Shown here piece by piece: positions 22,701 to 33,373 of a stretch of DNA of 64,000 bases. The notes beneath the pieces are model-generated. The model was not told where the DNA came from. It made no database searches and worked only from the letters and a program-made list of their open reading frames with translations. Source of the stretch: Diplonema japonicum (lineage: Eukaryota > Protista > Euglenozoa: Diplonemea); NCBI GenBank assembly GCA_964019335.1, contig OZ025655.1, forward strand, positions 620,001 to 684,000, read 5' to 3'. Made by a program: the position numbers and the translations under genes. The number at the start of each line of letters is the position of its first letter. The stretch's first letter is position 1.

Positions 22701-25700
22701 ACCTCTACATCATCGGTTGGCCTCGATGACAGCTTCACAAGGAACTCAAGGTTCATGCCCATGGCCTCTCTTGTGTTTTGGTTGAAAAACGGGTTGGCAG
22801 GTTCAACAAGAATAACCGCAGTGTCGTCATCAGCGTTAACCACAGCCACATCAGACGGTTTTAGGCCGTTGTAGCCCGCGTCTGTACTCACAGCTGCTGA
22901 TACAACAATGTTGTACGCCTGATCGCCGTCGTGGCTGACGTCGTCGACACCTGTAACCGTGACTGTCTGTGGTGAACTCCAATGGGCCCTGCCTGGGGTG
23001 CAAACAGTCGCACAGCCGCCGGGAAGGAACACGAGCTGAGCAGGCGACACGACACCCTCACTAGTGTCTGAAGTCGTCAATGCGATGGTGACATCACCAG
23101 TTGGCTGCGTGTGGAGCACTACAGTGAAAGTATTCTGACCACCACCTTCCGTTGTCCGCAGCCCAGTAGTGGGGTTCACGGTAACACCCACCGCATCATC
23201 GTCCACGTTGGTGACGAGGATGTCAGGGATCAGCATGCCCGTGTAGCCTGTAGGGTCCATCGTGTTCACTAGCATGGATATCGCGTACTGCACATCACCG
23301 TCATCCACTGCGTCCTGCACACCAGTCACAGTGACGCTGGCAAGTGCATCCCAGTTGCCTGACGTGAACGTGAGCAACGTGGTCCCCACCAGTCCCTCGC
23401 TCTGGTCACGCCCGATGATATCGATCCTGACGTCTTGAAGGGGCTCGCTGTTGAGCTTAACCGTAAAAACTGCAGTTGTCCCATCTTCACGCGTCGTGAG
23501 GGTTGTGATTGGAACCCCGCTGACATCAGCAACCGTCACACCAGCAGCGTCGTTGTCGGTGTTCACCAGCCGAGGGTTGGCGGGGTCCATTCCTTGATAC
23601 ACAGGGTCCGTGCTTTGCGCGATTTCTGTGATGATAGAGTACTGCACGTCACCGTCGTTGATACTGTCATCGACACCAGTCACGGTGACGGTCTGTGGCG
23701 AACTCCAATTCGTCGGTGTAAAGAGCAGTCTAGTTGGCAAGATAGAGCCTTCTGTGTGGTCGCCGCTTAGCATAGGGATACTGACATCTGCTACCGGCTC
23801 TGACTGCAATTGGACAGTGAAGGTACTGGTGGCACCTGCTTCAGACGTGTCACCGGTTGGGGTGCCGATGAGCACACCAGCGACGTCGTTATCAGCGTTG
23901 TGCACCACGACGCCGGGTGATGTCATGCCGTTGTACTGCAGGTCAGTGCTTGTGGCAGGTCCCACATTGATAGGGTATGTCACTGTGCCGTCCATCACAG
24001 CGTCGTCGACACCCGTGACGGTAACTATATTGGACAGTGGCTGGTTCCACGTGAGAGGTGTAAGAGTTATGGTCGTAATGCTGATGGTGCCTTCTGCAGC
24101 GTTGGTCAACGTCAGCGGGAGGACAACATCGGCCGTCGGTTGAGAGTCTAATTGAACAGTGAAGGTAGCAGTGCCACCCCCCTCAGTTGTGGTGAGATTG
24201 TTATTGCTGATGGCGATGCCCACACGATCGTTATCCCTGTTGACGATGAGCACTTCGGGTGCCGTCAGCCCTGCATAGACTGGGTCAGCACCTGAAGCCA
24301 GTGACGTAGCAGCAAAAGTTATGTCACCGTCTGAAACAGCATCATCAAGTCCCGTGACAGTCAGTGTCTGTGGGGTTGTCCACGTCATTGCCGTGAAGGT
24401 GAGTGTCGGCGGTGCGATGGTTCCCTCACTTGTGTCGTTAAGGGCGAAGGTCACCGTGACATCAGCAACAGGTTCAGTGTTTAAGACAAGAGTGAAGAAC
24501 GTCCTCGTGCCCGATTCGTCAACGACTGTGTTCCAAACACCGTTTGCAGGGGCCACCGTCAACCCTGCAACATCGTTATCCGTGTTGACAATGTTCGGGC
24601 CCGTAGGGGTTAATGCTGCGTACTTCGCGTCTGTCGACACAATGCTCCCGAAGGTGACGCCATAGGCGATGTCCCCGTCGGCAACAGCATCGTCGACGCC
24701 TGTCACAATCACCGTCTGCGGGATGGACCACTGACCGGCGCCCCCAGAGGCAAAGGTCAGTGACGGTGTTGTGACACCCTCTGTGAGATCATTGCTTGAA
24801 ATCGGCAGAGTAACATCAGCGGTAGGTTGTGTAAGCAGCACCACGGTGAAGGATGCACTCTGCCCTGCTTCGGAAGTTGTCAAAGCAGCCATGTCTACGT
24901 TGATGCCGACCACGTCGTCGTCCGTGTTGGTTACCTCTACATCTGCGGCGTTTGCTAAGTTGTAAGTAGCATCGGTGCTGGTGACGGTAGTCATGATGAG
25001 GTACCTTACATCGCCGTCATCAACGGGGTCTTGCACACCCGTTACAGTCACGGTGCGTACTGTGTCCCAAGAGCCAGGCGTGAAGGTGATCGAAGGTGTA
25101 CTAAGCGTGCCTTCCTGCGGGTTGCCATTCGACAGTGTCACAATGACGTTGGCAGTAGGCTGACTTCCCAGTGCCACTGTGAACGTGTCCGACGTACCGG
25201 TCTCAGTTGTTGTCAGAAACAAGGGTGTCACAAGCACTGCACTCGAGTCATCATCTTGGTTCTGACAGGTCAGAATATGCGGGGCAAGTGCCGCGTACGC
25301 AGCATCGCTACTTGTAGGTGGCCCGATGAACACGAAGTACGACACGTCACCGTCGTCGATGAAGTCGTCTTCACCTGTGATGATCACCTGCTGGGGTCTG
25401 TTCCAGTTCGCAGCAGTAAACACCAATGCAGATGGAGACACAGTGCCTTCCGTGTGATCCCCGCTCGTGACCCCCACAGAAACATCAGCCAGCGGTATGG
25501 TGTTGAGCTCCACAGTAAAGGAAACCGAGCTGCCAGCCTCTGTGGTTATCAGTGACCCACTTACGATAGTGAGGCCCGCCTGATCGTTATCCGTGTTGAC
25601 GCCTGGCACTGTGTTAAGAGGGGCAAGTCCCGAGTATTTCAGGTCGGTGCTCACCAACGGGGAGAAGGACACCAAAAAAGGAATGTCACCATCATCGTGG

Positions 25701-28700
25701 TTGTCATCGACACCAGTGACGAGCACGGTCGCAGGCACGTTCCAGTTCGCAGATGTGAACACAGTAGCCGTGGTGGGTGTTGTTGCTTCAGTGGTGTCGT
25801 TTGTCACAAAAGAGATGCTCACATCGTTGGTGGGCTCGCTGAGCAACCACACGGTGAAGGAGCCGACACCGCCTGCTTCAGTGGTGGTCACTGTAGTTGT
25901 AGACACAGCAACACCAGCCGTGTCATCATCAAGGTTGGTCCCCTCAACGTCTGCGATTGCTATTCTGTTGTAGTTCATGTCAGTGCTCGACGCTGCGTGC
26001 TGGATGAGGTACACAACAGAACCATCATCGATAGCGTCGTCCACTCCCGTGATCGTCACTAGGACGGGTGTTGCCCAGTTCGCCGTTGTGAAGGTGATGC
26101 TCGCGGGACTTACAGTGGCCTCCGTAGTGTCATTGCTGCTCAAGGCAATGGTAACATCAGCTGTAGGTTCTGACTGCAAGCGGACGGAGTACGTGGCGCG
26201 GCTGCCGAGTTCTCTCGTGGTCAGCCCTGCTGCCACAGTAATCAGCACCCCAGCTGTATCATCATCAGTGTTGGTGACCGACACATCAGATGGGTTGATC
26301 ACATTGTATTTCGCGTCGGTGCTTGTGATGCTGTTCGTGATAATGTTGAAGACCTGGTCGCCATCAGCCACGTTATCGTCAACGCCTGTCACAGTGACCG
26401 TAGTGGGAGAACTCCAGTGGTTGGCACCAGGTGTTGACGCACCTGGAGTGAATGTCAAAAGGGTTGCCGAGATGCTGCCCTCAGTCAAATCGCTACTGCT
26501 AAGTGAGATTAAGACATCAGCAACTGGTTGCGTGTGGAGAGCCACTGTAAAGGTTGCTGTACCCCCTGCCTCAGTCACTACAAGACCAGAGGTAGGGAGC
26601 ACTGTCACTCCAGCAGTGTCGTCGTCCACATTGGTAAGGCTCACCTGCGACACAGTGTTGAGTCCGTTGTAGTTAGGATCAGTAGACACAGCAGCACCGA
26701 TGATGATGTTGTACGCAACGTCGTCGTCGTCGATAGCGTCCTGCACACCTGTCACAGTCACAGTCACCACGTTCCCCCATGTTGATGGGGTGAAAGTAAT
26801 CAGCGTGGTGGGGGTAGTCCCCTCACTGGTGTCATCAGATGTGAGCGTGATCTGCACATTGCTAATGGGCTCTGTCGCCAACGAGATTGTGAAAGTTGCT
26901 GTTCCACCCACCTCCGACGTTGTCAAGCCTCCTGTGGGTGTCACGTTGATGCCTGCCACATCATCATCAGTATTAGTGCCCGTCACTGTCGCTGGCGACA
27001 CCAGGGCATACCTCGCGTCGGTCGTGCTACCGATGGTGGCGATGATGGTGTACGCGATGTTACCGTCGTCTATAGAGTCGTTTTCTCCCGTTACAGTCAC
27101 TTGTCGAGGCGTGTTCCAGTTGGCCGATGTAAATGTAAGTTGCCCTACCGACACAGTAACCTCCGTGAGGTCGCCCGACTGCAGGTCGACAATCACATTG
27201 GCAACAGGTTCACTGTTCAGAGTGACTGAGAAGACATCACTTCCGCCAGTTTCTGTGGTGGATAGTCCCATAGTTGGCGTAAGAGAAATGCCTGCGACAT
27301 CGTCGTCAGTGTTGATGACAGTCACGTCAGAGGGGTTGATCCCCAAGTATGACGCATCTCCTGTGGCGGGCTGTGTGACGACAGTGAAAGGTATGTCGCC
27401 GTCTTGGACAGAGTCGTCGACACCACGAACTGCAACGTTGCGTGCGGTGTTCCAGTTCATCGACGTGAACACGAGGGAGGTGGGTGTGATGGAACCCTCG
27501 GTGGCGTCGCTCACAGTCATTCCTATAGTCACATCATTGACTGGCTCAGAGTTCAGCATCACAGAGAACGTGGCTGAACCCCCTGCCTCCGTCGTCACCA
27601 AAGCAGAAGTCGGAGTCACTGTGACGCCAGCAGTGTCGTCATCAGTGTTCGTCAGTGTCACTGTCGTGGGGCTAACCCCATTGTAGCCCATGTCCATTGA
27701 GGTGGTCGTTGTCGACACTGTGTACACCACGTTGCCATCCTGAACAGCGTCCTGTACGCCTGTAATTGTCACTTGCTGCGCGGTTGACCATGTGGTGGAC
27801 GTGAATATCACAGAAGCAGGCGACACAGTCCCTTCTGCGATGTTGTTGGATACCACCGCGATGGTTACATCTGCTGTGGGCTGTGTGTTCAACACAACCG
27901 AAAACGCTGTTGTTCCTCCTTGCTCTGTGGTGGTCAGCCCCGTTGTTGGGGTAACAGACACCCCTGGCGTGTCGTCGTCAGTGTTTGTGACTGTCACGTC
28001 GGGCACGATGACCGCTGCATAAGCCGCATCAGTGGTAACAGGGTTTGAGTTTGTGACTGTGAACGTAATGTCGCCATCACCAAGGAGGTCGTCGACACCA
28101 GTGACAGTGACTGTCTGGGGGTTGCTCCAGTGGTTAGCACCTGCACCGTTGACACCCGCACTGAATGTGATGGACGCAGGAGAAACGGTACCCTCAGTCA
28201 CATCACCGGACACGATGTTGATAACAACATCGGCCACAGGTTGCGTGTTGAGGACAAGGGTATAGGTGGCGGTACCTCCCGCTTCGGTGGTGGTAAGGGT
28301 GGTTGGAGTCACAGTGACACCCGCAACGTCATCGTCGACGTTAGTGACAGGCACGTCGCTGGGCTTGTACCCGTTGTAGGTAGGGTCTGTCGTGACCGCT
28401 GCATCGAACTGCACATTGTACGCCACGTCTCCATCATCGACGGCATCCTGCACACCGGTCACAATGATGTCCTGCGGCACGTTCCAATTCATGGTCGTGA
28501 ACGTTATGGTGTTGACATTGGTGACGCCTTCCCCAGGGTCCGTGGACCGCACATTGAAAGCAACGTTCGCCGTCGGCATGGTGTTCAGCACGATGCTGAA
28601 GGTAGAGCTTGCCCCGACCTCCGATGTGACAACACCACCGGCAGGCAGTCCATATGTCGACTGCGACACAACAGGCACCGCATACAAAACAAGACACAGC

Positions 28701-28732
28701 AGTACCCTGAGCAGGGTTGCCTTTATTTTCAT
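19787..28732 (-). CDS. Giant type-I membrane adhesin/receptor (2981 aa): signal peptide, 23 ~112-aa Calx-beta/cadherin-like repeats, Cys-rich stalk, TM helix, cytosolic WW-like module
   Basis: Hydrophobic N-terminal leader; repeat consensus T.EAGG.ATFTV.L.TQP.ADV.I...S.D.TEG.V.P..LTFT..NW..PQTVTVTGVDD..DDGD..Y...NTDDD; TM WAIALIIAGALLCCGLLLLLGMCLW followed by RKNK; intronless. Confidence 0.85.
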   Translation of the reverse strand: MKIKATLLRVLLCLVLYAVPVVSQSTYGLPAGGVVTSEVGASSTFSIVLNTMPTANVAFNVRSTDPGEGVTNVNTITFTTMNWNVPQDIIVTGVQDAVDDGDVAYNVQFDAAVTTDPTYNGYKPSDVPVTNVDDDVAGVTVTPTTLTTTEAGGTATYTLVLNTQPVADVVINIVSGDVTEGTVSPASITFSAGVNGAGANHWSNPQTVTVTGVDDLLGDGDITFTVTNSNPVTTDAAYAAVIVPDVTVTNTDDDTPGVSVTPTTGLTTTEQGGTTAFSVVLNTQPTADVTIAVVSNNIAEGTVSPASVIFTSTTWSTAQQVTITGVQDAVQDGNVVYTVSTTTTSMDMGYNGVSPTTVTLTNTDDDTAGVTVTPTSALVTTEAGGSATFSVMLNSEPVNDVTIGMTVSDATEGSITPTSLVFTSMNWNTARNVAVRGVDDSVQDGDIPFTVVTQPATGDASYLGINPSDVTVINTDDDVAGISLTPTMGLSTTETGGSDVFSVTLNSEPVANVIVDLQSGDLTEVTVSVGQLTFTSANWNTPRQVTVTGENDSIDDGNIAYTIIATIGSTTDARYALVSPATVTGTNTDDDVAGINVTPTGGLTTSEVGGTATFTISLATEPISNVQITLTSDDTSEGTTPTTLITFTPSTWGNVVTVTVTGVQDAIDDDDVAYNIIIGAAVSTDPNYNGLNTVSQVSLTNVDDDTAGVTVLPTSGLVVTEAGGTATFTVALHTQPVADVLISLSSSDLTEGSISATLLTFTPGASTPGANHWSSPTTVTVTGVDDNVADGDQVFNIITNSITSTDAKYNVINPSDVSVTNTDDDTAGVLITVAAGLTTRELGSRATYSVRLQSEPTADVTIALSSNDTTEATVSPASITFTTANWATPVLVTITGVDDAIDDGSVVYLIQHAASSTDMNYNRIAIADVEGTNLDDDTAGVAVSTTTVTTTEAGGVGSFTVWLLSEPTNDVSISFVTNDTTEATTPTTATVFTSANWNVPATVLVTGVDDNHDDGDIPFLVSFSPLVSTDLKYSGLAPLNTVPGVNTDNDQAGLTIVSGSLITTEAGSSVSFTVELNTIPLADVSVGVTSGDHTEGTVSPSALVFTAANWNRPQQVIITGEDDFIDDGDVSYFVFIGPPTSSDAAYAALAPHILTCQNQDDDSSAVLVTPLFLTTTETGTSDTFTVALGSQPTANVIVTLSNGNPQEGTLSTPSITFTPGSWDTVRTVTVTGVQDPVDDGDVRYLIMTTVTSTDATYNLANAADVEVTNTDDDVVGINVDMAALTTSEAGQSASFTVVLLTQPTADVTLPISSNDLTEGVTTPSLTFASGGAGQWSIPQTVIVTGVDDAVADGDIAYGVTFGSIVSTDAKYAALTPTGPNIVNTDNDVAGLTVAPANGVWNTVVDESGTRTFFTLVLNTEPVADVTVTFALNDTSEGTIAPPTLTFTAMTWTTPQTLTVTGLDDAVSDGDITFAATSLASGADPVYAGLTAPEVLIVNRDNDRVGIAISNNNLTTTEGGGTATFTVQLDSQPTADVVLPLTLTNAAEGTISITTITLTPLTWNQPLSNIVTVTGVDDAVMDGTVTYPINVGPATSTDLQYNGMTSPGVVVHNADNDVAGVLIGTPTGDTSEAGATSTFTVQLQSEPVADVSIPMLSGDHTEGSILPTRLLFTPTNWSSPQTVTVTGVDDSINDGDVQYSIITEIAQSTDPVYQGMDPANPRLVNTDNDAAGVTVADVSGVPITTLTTREDGTTAVFTVKLNSEPLQDVRIDIIGRDQSEGLVGTTLLTFTSGNWDALASVTVTGVQDAVDDGDVQYAISMLVNTMDPTGYTGMLIPDILVTNVDDDAVGVTVNPTTGLRTTEGGGQNTFTVVLHTQPTGDVTIALTTSDTSEGVVSPAQLVFLPGGCATVCTPGRAHWSSPQTVTVTGVDDVSHDGDQAYNIVVSAAVSTDAGYNGLKPSDVAVVNADDDTAVILVEPANPFFNQNTREAMGMNLEFLVKLSSRPTDDVEVNVTSNDTTEGLVSPNMMTFTSLTWNTSQVATITGVDDSVVDGDVVYLITCDSSSTDPSYSSATSQPIQVLNIDDDTADVIVRADPNLFTTEQGGTTQFEVLLSSQPVSDVVISLESSNLQEGIITPLVIRFDMNTWSQPVTVSVSGVNDQVADGNVTYEVRFASIVSNDANYANKMVSSVPIFNVDDDTAAVLVTPLSGLVTNEAGNVTATFTVTLQTQPTVDVVIPIVSGDQTEGTVSPTETRFTSANWNIAQVVTVTGVNDDVDDGDVVYNVLTNRPVTADSAYSLLPGNRVEVTNTDDDDSRAVVCVLPGACSCCSATTSEAGTNAVFTVVLSTQPTSDVTIALSSTDTSEGVVSVSSLVFTTGSWNAVRTVTVTGVQDAVDDGDVTYNVVLSPAVSSDPNFSGLDLPDMVMTNTDDDTRGVTVAPVTMILNETGASNSFTVVLHTQPTADVSIMVQSTDTTEATIDSSTLVFTPNIAGGSNMGRTHWSTPQTVIVTPVNDDVDDGDITFSVAVQAAVSSDPVYNGLKPDDVAVTTLDDDKAGVRVTPTGSLFTSELGGSAIFTVSLDSSPTAPVVIQAVSNNTNEGVANPSSIEFTASDWNTPKTITVTGVQDNVADTDTAYSVGLVVQQGGDALYNALTQVSSVQIINRLGAPTPTTPNTCSYNTVAPAGATGCPTTGQAPTGTTCTYTVNGAACSSVVCQAGGSWSGSPVCGGCSSFVNTCSVLSAPPACGNVCTAAVCCTSCTTFTCPAGRAQTSSVCAAQGCNEATCCAAAAVGSSSDDDIPNWAIALIIAGALLCCGLLLLLGMCLWRKNKTTEKKEETNRHEETNAERGPPPPRERRGEFSDAIYAPRKPPPQMMYDTPPERTEKVVSVLDEGGERFIARWSNTRGRYYYYPEGAGNDIDAIWELPPSGYVVTWKGGPGEGQEYVEDNRVHRSAAPKQDPYSVTPLPTSGANPLQNLQYG

Positions 28733-28828
28733 GTTGTGTAAAGGCTACCTGTGATACAGTGCGGTAGAATATATATATTTCTTTGGCTCAAATCCACCTT
28801 TTTTTTTTCTTTTTTTTTTCTTCGCCGC

Positions 28829-29790
28829 TTATTTTTTCCCGGCGGTGGCTTCCTGGAATTTCGCCTGCATTTTTCGTTTCCTGATGATGTGGCTTAGCTC
28901 TCCCTTGGGAATCTCCGACTCGTCTTGGTGGGTGATGTCCCCGTACCCATGCCACCCAGGGAGGATGCTCGGACGGTCTTCATACTCAAGAACAGCAGCA
29001 TCGTCTTGAAGAAGCGTTTGGTACTCTGCCATTGTAACATAAACCATGTTCTCATCTATCCAGTCAGGGGTTGCAAGGTCGCGGAGTTTAGAGGGGAGGA
29101 TGGAGAGCTGTTCGCCATAATGAACAAAATTGTTACCAGTGCTGGACCCCGTGGGGGTATGGACGAATCCGTCTAGCGGTGTGAAGATACGAAGAAGAGG
29201 GAGTTCGGTCATGCCAGGGTTTCCGATAGTTGTTGTGACCATCGGCTGACCGAATGTGATCACGTTAAATATGTTCTTGTTGTGCTGGTGATTGAGGTAC
29301 ACTGCGACAATACAAGCAATGGCACCACCACTGCTGTGCCCCGCCATGATGATCCCGTACCCTTCAGGGATAATGTTGTCTTCAATGATTTGCTTTGTGA
29401 TCCCTACGGCGGCAAGATGGTGCTCTTCTGTGAACGATGTCCCGCTGGGCTCCATGTTCCAGTCCATCACCGGGACGTGTTCGTCCATGGCATTGTCTCG
29501 GATGTCGGTGTTCGCTTTGATGTAGATTATAACCTTTTCCCGTTCGTGATCAACGTCCACCACCACAACGTCAGGAAGAGTGTAGAAGTACTTGTTGCTG
29601 TTGCTGTGTATTTGAACAATATGTTCCTCACACTGTGCGCCGTGTTCCTCCATCAAGGTTAAGATTTCCGTGTAGTCACGCGCTGTGACCTGCATCGCCC
29701 TGTTTTTCATGTCCCCGCCGCGCTCCTTCTCCATCAGGAGCCGTTCTTGGAAGTCGTCATGGAAGCTTGCTACACGGAGAAACCCGTCCT

Positions 29791-29823
<33 letters not shown>

Positions 29824-30164
29824 GTTTTGTTTTTTCATGATACCTCGAGCTCTCGGAAGTATTCCGGACCGCCGGCACCCGTCTGGCATGCTGCGAGGAA
29901 ACTGAATAGTGACGGGGCGTCCGATCCGCTCATGCCGTGCATGACCTCTAGCACGCTTGTGATCCTCTTCATTTGTCTCTCCGCTTCTTCTAGTTTTTCA
30001 ATCGGTACCTCGTGATCCCCGTTGCCCAAGTCGATCGCTTTCTCTGTTCTAACCCGCATCGTGGCGTGCTCCACTAAATTGCTCGAACTGTAACCAAAGT
30101 GTTCCGGGCTCACCCCGTCGCACGCTCTGAGCAGCTGCCTGTACACCCTTGCTAGCTGCGGCAT
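28829..30164 (-). CDS. Class-3 lipase-fold protein with N-terminal LYR-like segment (426 aa; intron 29789-29843)
   Basis: Two ORFs are joined by a 55-nt A-rich GTATCA..ACAG intron (ELE|DGF). It carries the GHSSGG nucleophile elbow, VITFGQP and D.F..P...FVHYG; the N-terminus reads ARVYRQLLR. Confidence 0.75.
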
Positions 30165-31670
30165 TGGGTGTGCTGACCTTTTTTTTTTTTTTTTTGTTGT
30201 TGTTGTTGCCGGTATTCAATTTCAAAAATTTCGGTTTATTTGAAAAAAAAAAAAGGAAAGTGTAAAGGGGGGAAAGTCATCATCGATGAGGAAGAAGTAC
30301 TTCGCAACTACCCATCAAAAAAAGGACAATTAAAGAGTGGGAAAAAAAATAGGGGAGGGGAGGAAAGGAGAGAGGGAGGAGAAGATCGCAGAAAACAGTT
30401 AATTCAGTGGGTCGAAGTTAGCACTGTATGTAGTTCAACGTTTATGCCACTAATCACTGTTACTCTTCGTTGTCATGTTCTCAGGGGGAATGGGGTGGGG
30501 TGGTGGGGTATTTTTTTTGTTGTTGTTGTTGTTGTTGTTGAAGCTATAAAAATTTAAAACAAAAAGAAAAAGCAAAAGAAAGGAGAGGTGTTTTGCCACA
30601 CATTTTTTTTTTCTTTTTAAATTGCCTTGTCTCTTCTTTCTTTTCTTTTCCTTTTTCTTTTTTTGGTTCTGCTTGAAGGCGGTTCGCCTTCCTTTCGTTT
30701 TTTTTTTTTTATTTTTTTTCTTTTTACTTTTCTTCCCCTTTTCAAAAACTTTTATGGAACAGGATCTAAAATAAAAAAAGGGGGAACGAGAAAGAGCTAG
30801 AAAGGTGTGGATCTTTTTTTTTTTTTTTTTTAATTTCTGTTTTCCCAGTGGAATATGGAACAAGAAGGGATAGGTGCGCACATCCAAAATCGAAATTGAC
30901 AATGCAACTGAAAAAAAGAAATTGCAAGAGAACGATGGTGGATTGTGGTTCTATACCCCTGGAGTGTAAAGAATAGGAAGAAGAAAAAAAAAAGAATGAC
31001 ATATTCTGGGGCTTTTTTCTTGTTGCGCACAAGCGGATCTTTAAAAAAAAAAAAAAAAATGAAAACAAAAACTTGTTCAAAATCAACCAACAGCATTGCC
31101 ATACGAATAGTCTACAGTACTGACAAATATTACATTGTTAATACCTTTAAAAAAGAAGAAAAAAAGAAAAACAAGGGAGAAGGGTGGGGGGAAATAAGAA
31201 TTCCCCTCACCCTTATAATGCCTCCAAGATACTATAAGGGAAGTGGTGGGAACGGGGAGGAAGAGCTTGCAAACTGAGAAGGAAGGGAAGAGAAAGTGAA
31301 TGAGCGGAGCAAGGTGGAAAGCTTTAGAAAAGGCAAAAACATCATTTATTAAGACACTAAATTATATGAGCTTTGCTTTCGTGCAGCTTCTCCTGCCCCA
31401 TTGCTGTGCCCCTATCATCCCAATCTTTTCCTTCTTTATTCCGTCTCCTTCCCAGTTTACTTTTTCTCTCCCTTTCTTTTTTTTTTTTTTTTAAATTCTT
31501 TATACACAAAAAAAAAAAACAAAAAAAAAAAATCGGTACGGTCCAATAGGGGTATGCAGTGTAACTTTTTAAGATAAAACGAAACGATAGGTGCTAGTTT
31601 TTGTTTTTATTCTTTTTATATTTTACTATCGTGTTAGGGCCAGGTATTAACACTTCTTTCTCCCCCATTC

Positions 31671-32600
31671 TCAGCAAAACGAGGGACTGGTGCAGCACCT
31701 ATCGTGTTTCAAACACTGCTCGGAGGCTCTGGTTTTGGTAAGGTGCTTCTTGTGGGAAGCGTTGCGGGCAGTGGTTTCGGAGAGAGTACGGCGCTTAGTG
31801 GGTTTCACAGTCTTCTTCTTGAGGCTCTGCTTTTTGCCCCTGTAGTGCATCTTGTTGACAGGTGGGTCAGGGTACCCAGGAGAGCAGGAAGCATCACTGC
31901 ACACATCCGAATCAACAAGAGAGAGGGAACTTTCGTCAAACGACACTGTCAGCCCACAAGACGACTGGCTGTCCATTGTGAAGGTGTCCTCGTCCATGGT
32001 GCACGGGCATTGAGGAACAGGAACAGGAGCAGGAGCAGGAGTAGCAGCAACAGCTACTGTAGGTGTCGGTGGGTCCTCGCCCACAACGTCCAGACCTGCA
32101 GCGTGAACGTCTTGTCCGAAGAGAACCCATTTTTTTTCCATTTTCTCAAAGCGCCTCCCCATCTGAGCGATCTTCTTCTTCTTCCTCAGCATTTCCTTCT
32201 CCTCATTCTTCGCGACTTTCTTCACCTTCGTGCCCTTCTTCCTTGCCTTGTATTTGTACGCGCTTGCACGGTCCTCATAGCACAGCACGTCGTGGCACTC
32301 CGTTGCCTGCACTTTGGAACAGGCAGCCTTCTGTGACGTGGTGTGTTCCTTCTTCATCAGAGCTATCCAAGCACATTCCTCTTCGTCCCTTAGGACTTCC
32401 CCCTCCATGTTCACTTGTCTCATGAACGTCAACACCGCCACGGAATCCCATAGTTTCGGCCTGAATGCTTGATCTCCAAATGGCGGTTCCCCTGCAAGGT
32501 CCTTTTGCGCGAGTGTGACGAGCACGCTCTCATATTGGCAGGTCGCAGCCACGAGCATCTTGCGGAGTGCGTCGAGCTCCTGGTTGAGGTGCACGTCCAT
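31671..32600 (-). CDS. Hypothetical protein (309 aa)
   Basis: Long ORF on the array strand; start reassigned to MDVHLN after a pyrimidine tract and AG. Confidence 0.6.
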   Translation of the reverse strand: MDVHLNQELDALRKMLVAATCQYESVLVTLAQKDLAGEPPFGDQAFRPKLWDSVAVLTFMRQVNMEGEVLRDEEECAWIALMKKEHTTSQKAACSKVQATECHDVLCYEDRASAYKYKARKKGTKVKKVAKNEEKEMLRKKKKIAQMGRRFEKMEKKWVLFGQDVHAAGLDVVGEDPPTPTVAVAATPAPAPVPVPQCPCTMDEDTFTMDSQSSCGLTVSFDESSLSLVDSDVCSDASCSPGYPDPPVNKMHYRGKKQSLKKKTVKPTKRRTLSETTARNASHKKHLTKTRASEQCLKHDRCCTSPSFC

Positions 32601-32710
32601 GTTGTCTATACAAGACCTGAAGGCGTGACATGAAGGGGGAAGCAAAAAGGAGGAAGTCTTTATAAAAATCTATTTGGGAGATTGTGTTGGGTTTGTTCGA
32701 CCGAAAGCGT

Positions 32711-33373
32711 TCACTGCAGCCACCCTGGTATCTTTTGAAGCTGGTTGTCATGAACACGTGCCATTCTAGAATAGTCGATGTTGGGGTTCGGGTCCGTTAG
32801 CCAAGCAGGGTCGGGTCTGGGAGGGGACTCGGTAGGGGACTGCAACACCCTGTAGTGGTAGGGGGTGTTGTCGGATAGAATAGATGGCTTAATGCGCCCA
32901 TTGGGGGTGACATGTGTGGGTATGTGGGTTGGAGGTTGCTGTAGTGCAGAAGAACCCTGCGAAGGTAAGCGGGGCGGGCTCGCTGCAGACCTGCTCTGGT
33001 AGGACCGTCTCTGCACCTCACTCTCCCTCACAGCGGGGTCTGACTGTCTGTTCTGCAGCACTTTCTTCCACAGTGTGTCCCTCCTGTGTTGCTCTTCGAC
33101 CTTTTTCTGCTTTGCCACAGTCTCTCGTTTCCGTTCCACCTCCATGGCATGAGTCATGGCTTGCTCTCCTTCTCCTTTCCTGTCCCAGTATGCCTCCACA
33201 TGTCGCTTGCACACTTTCTCCCCTACTGGAAGCCCTTTCCAGACCTTCGGTTCTCTATTGTCAGCCCATGCAAGCTGAGGTTTCACTTCTCTTTCGCGGA
33301 CCTCCTGGTCTTTGATGGACTGCTCGATGAGGTCATCGAGCTTCTTCTGATACCCGCCGTCGAGCCAGTCCAT
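32711..33373 (-). CDS. Hypothetical protein (220 aa)
   Basis: ORF on the array strand; start MDWLDG downstream of a poly-U tract and CAG. Confidence 0.65.
   Translation of the reverse strand: MDWLDGGYQKKLDDLIEQSIKDQEVREREVKPQLAWADNREPKVWKGLPVGEKVCKRHVEAYWDRKGEGEQAMTHAMEVERKRETVAKQKKVEEQHRRDTLWKKVLQNRQSDPAVRESEVQRRSYQSRSAASPPRLPSQGSSALQQPPTHIPTHVTPNGRIKPSILSDNTPYHYRVLQSPTESPPRPDPAWLTDPNPNIDYSRMARVHDNQLQKIPGWLQ

Noticed and set aside
19787-28732. CRISPR-like or satellite interpretation of the periodic sequence
   Set aside because: The ~336-nt periodicity is a diverged protein repeat within one ORF, with no identical DNA repeats or spacers.
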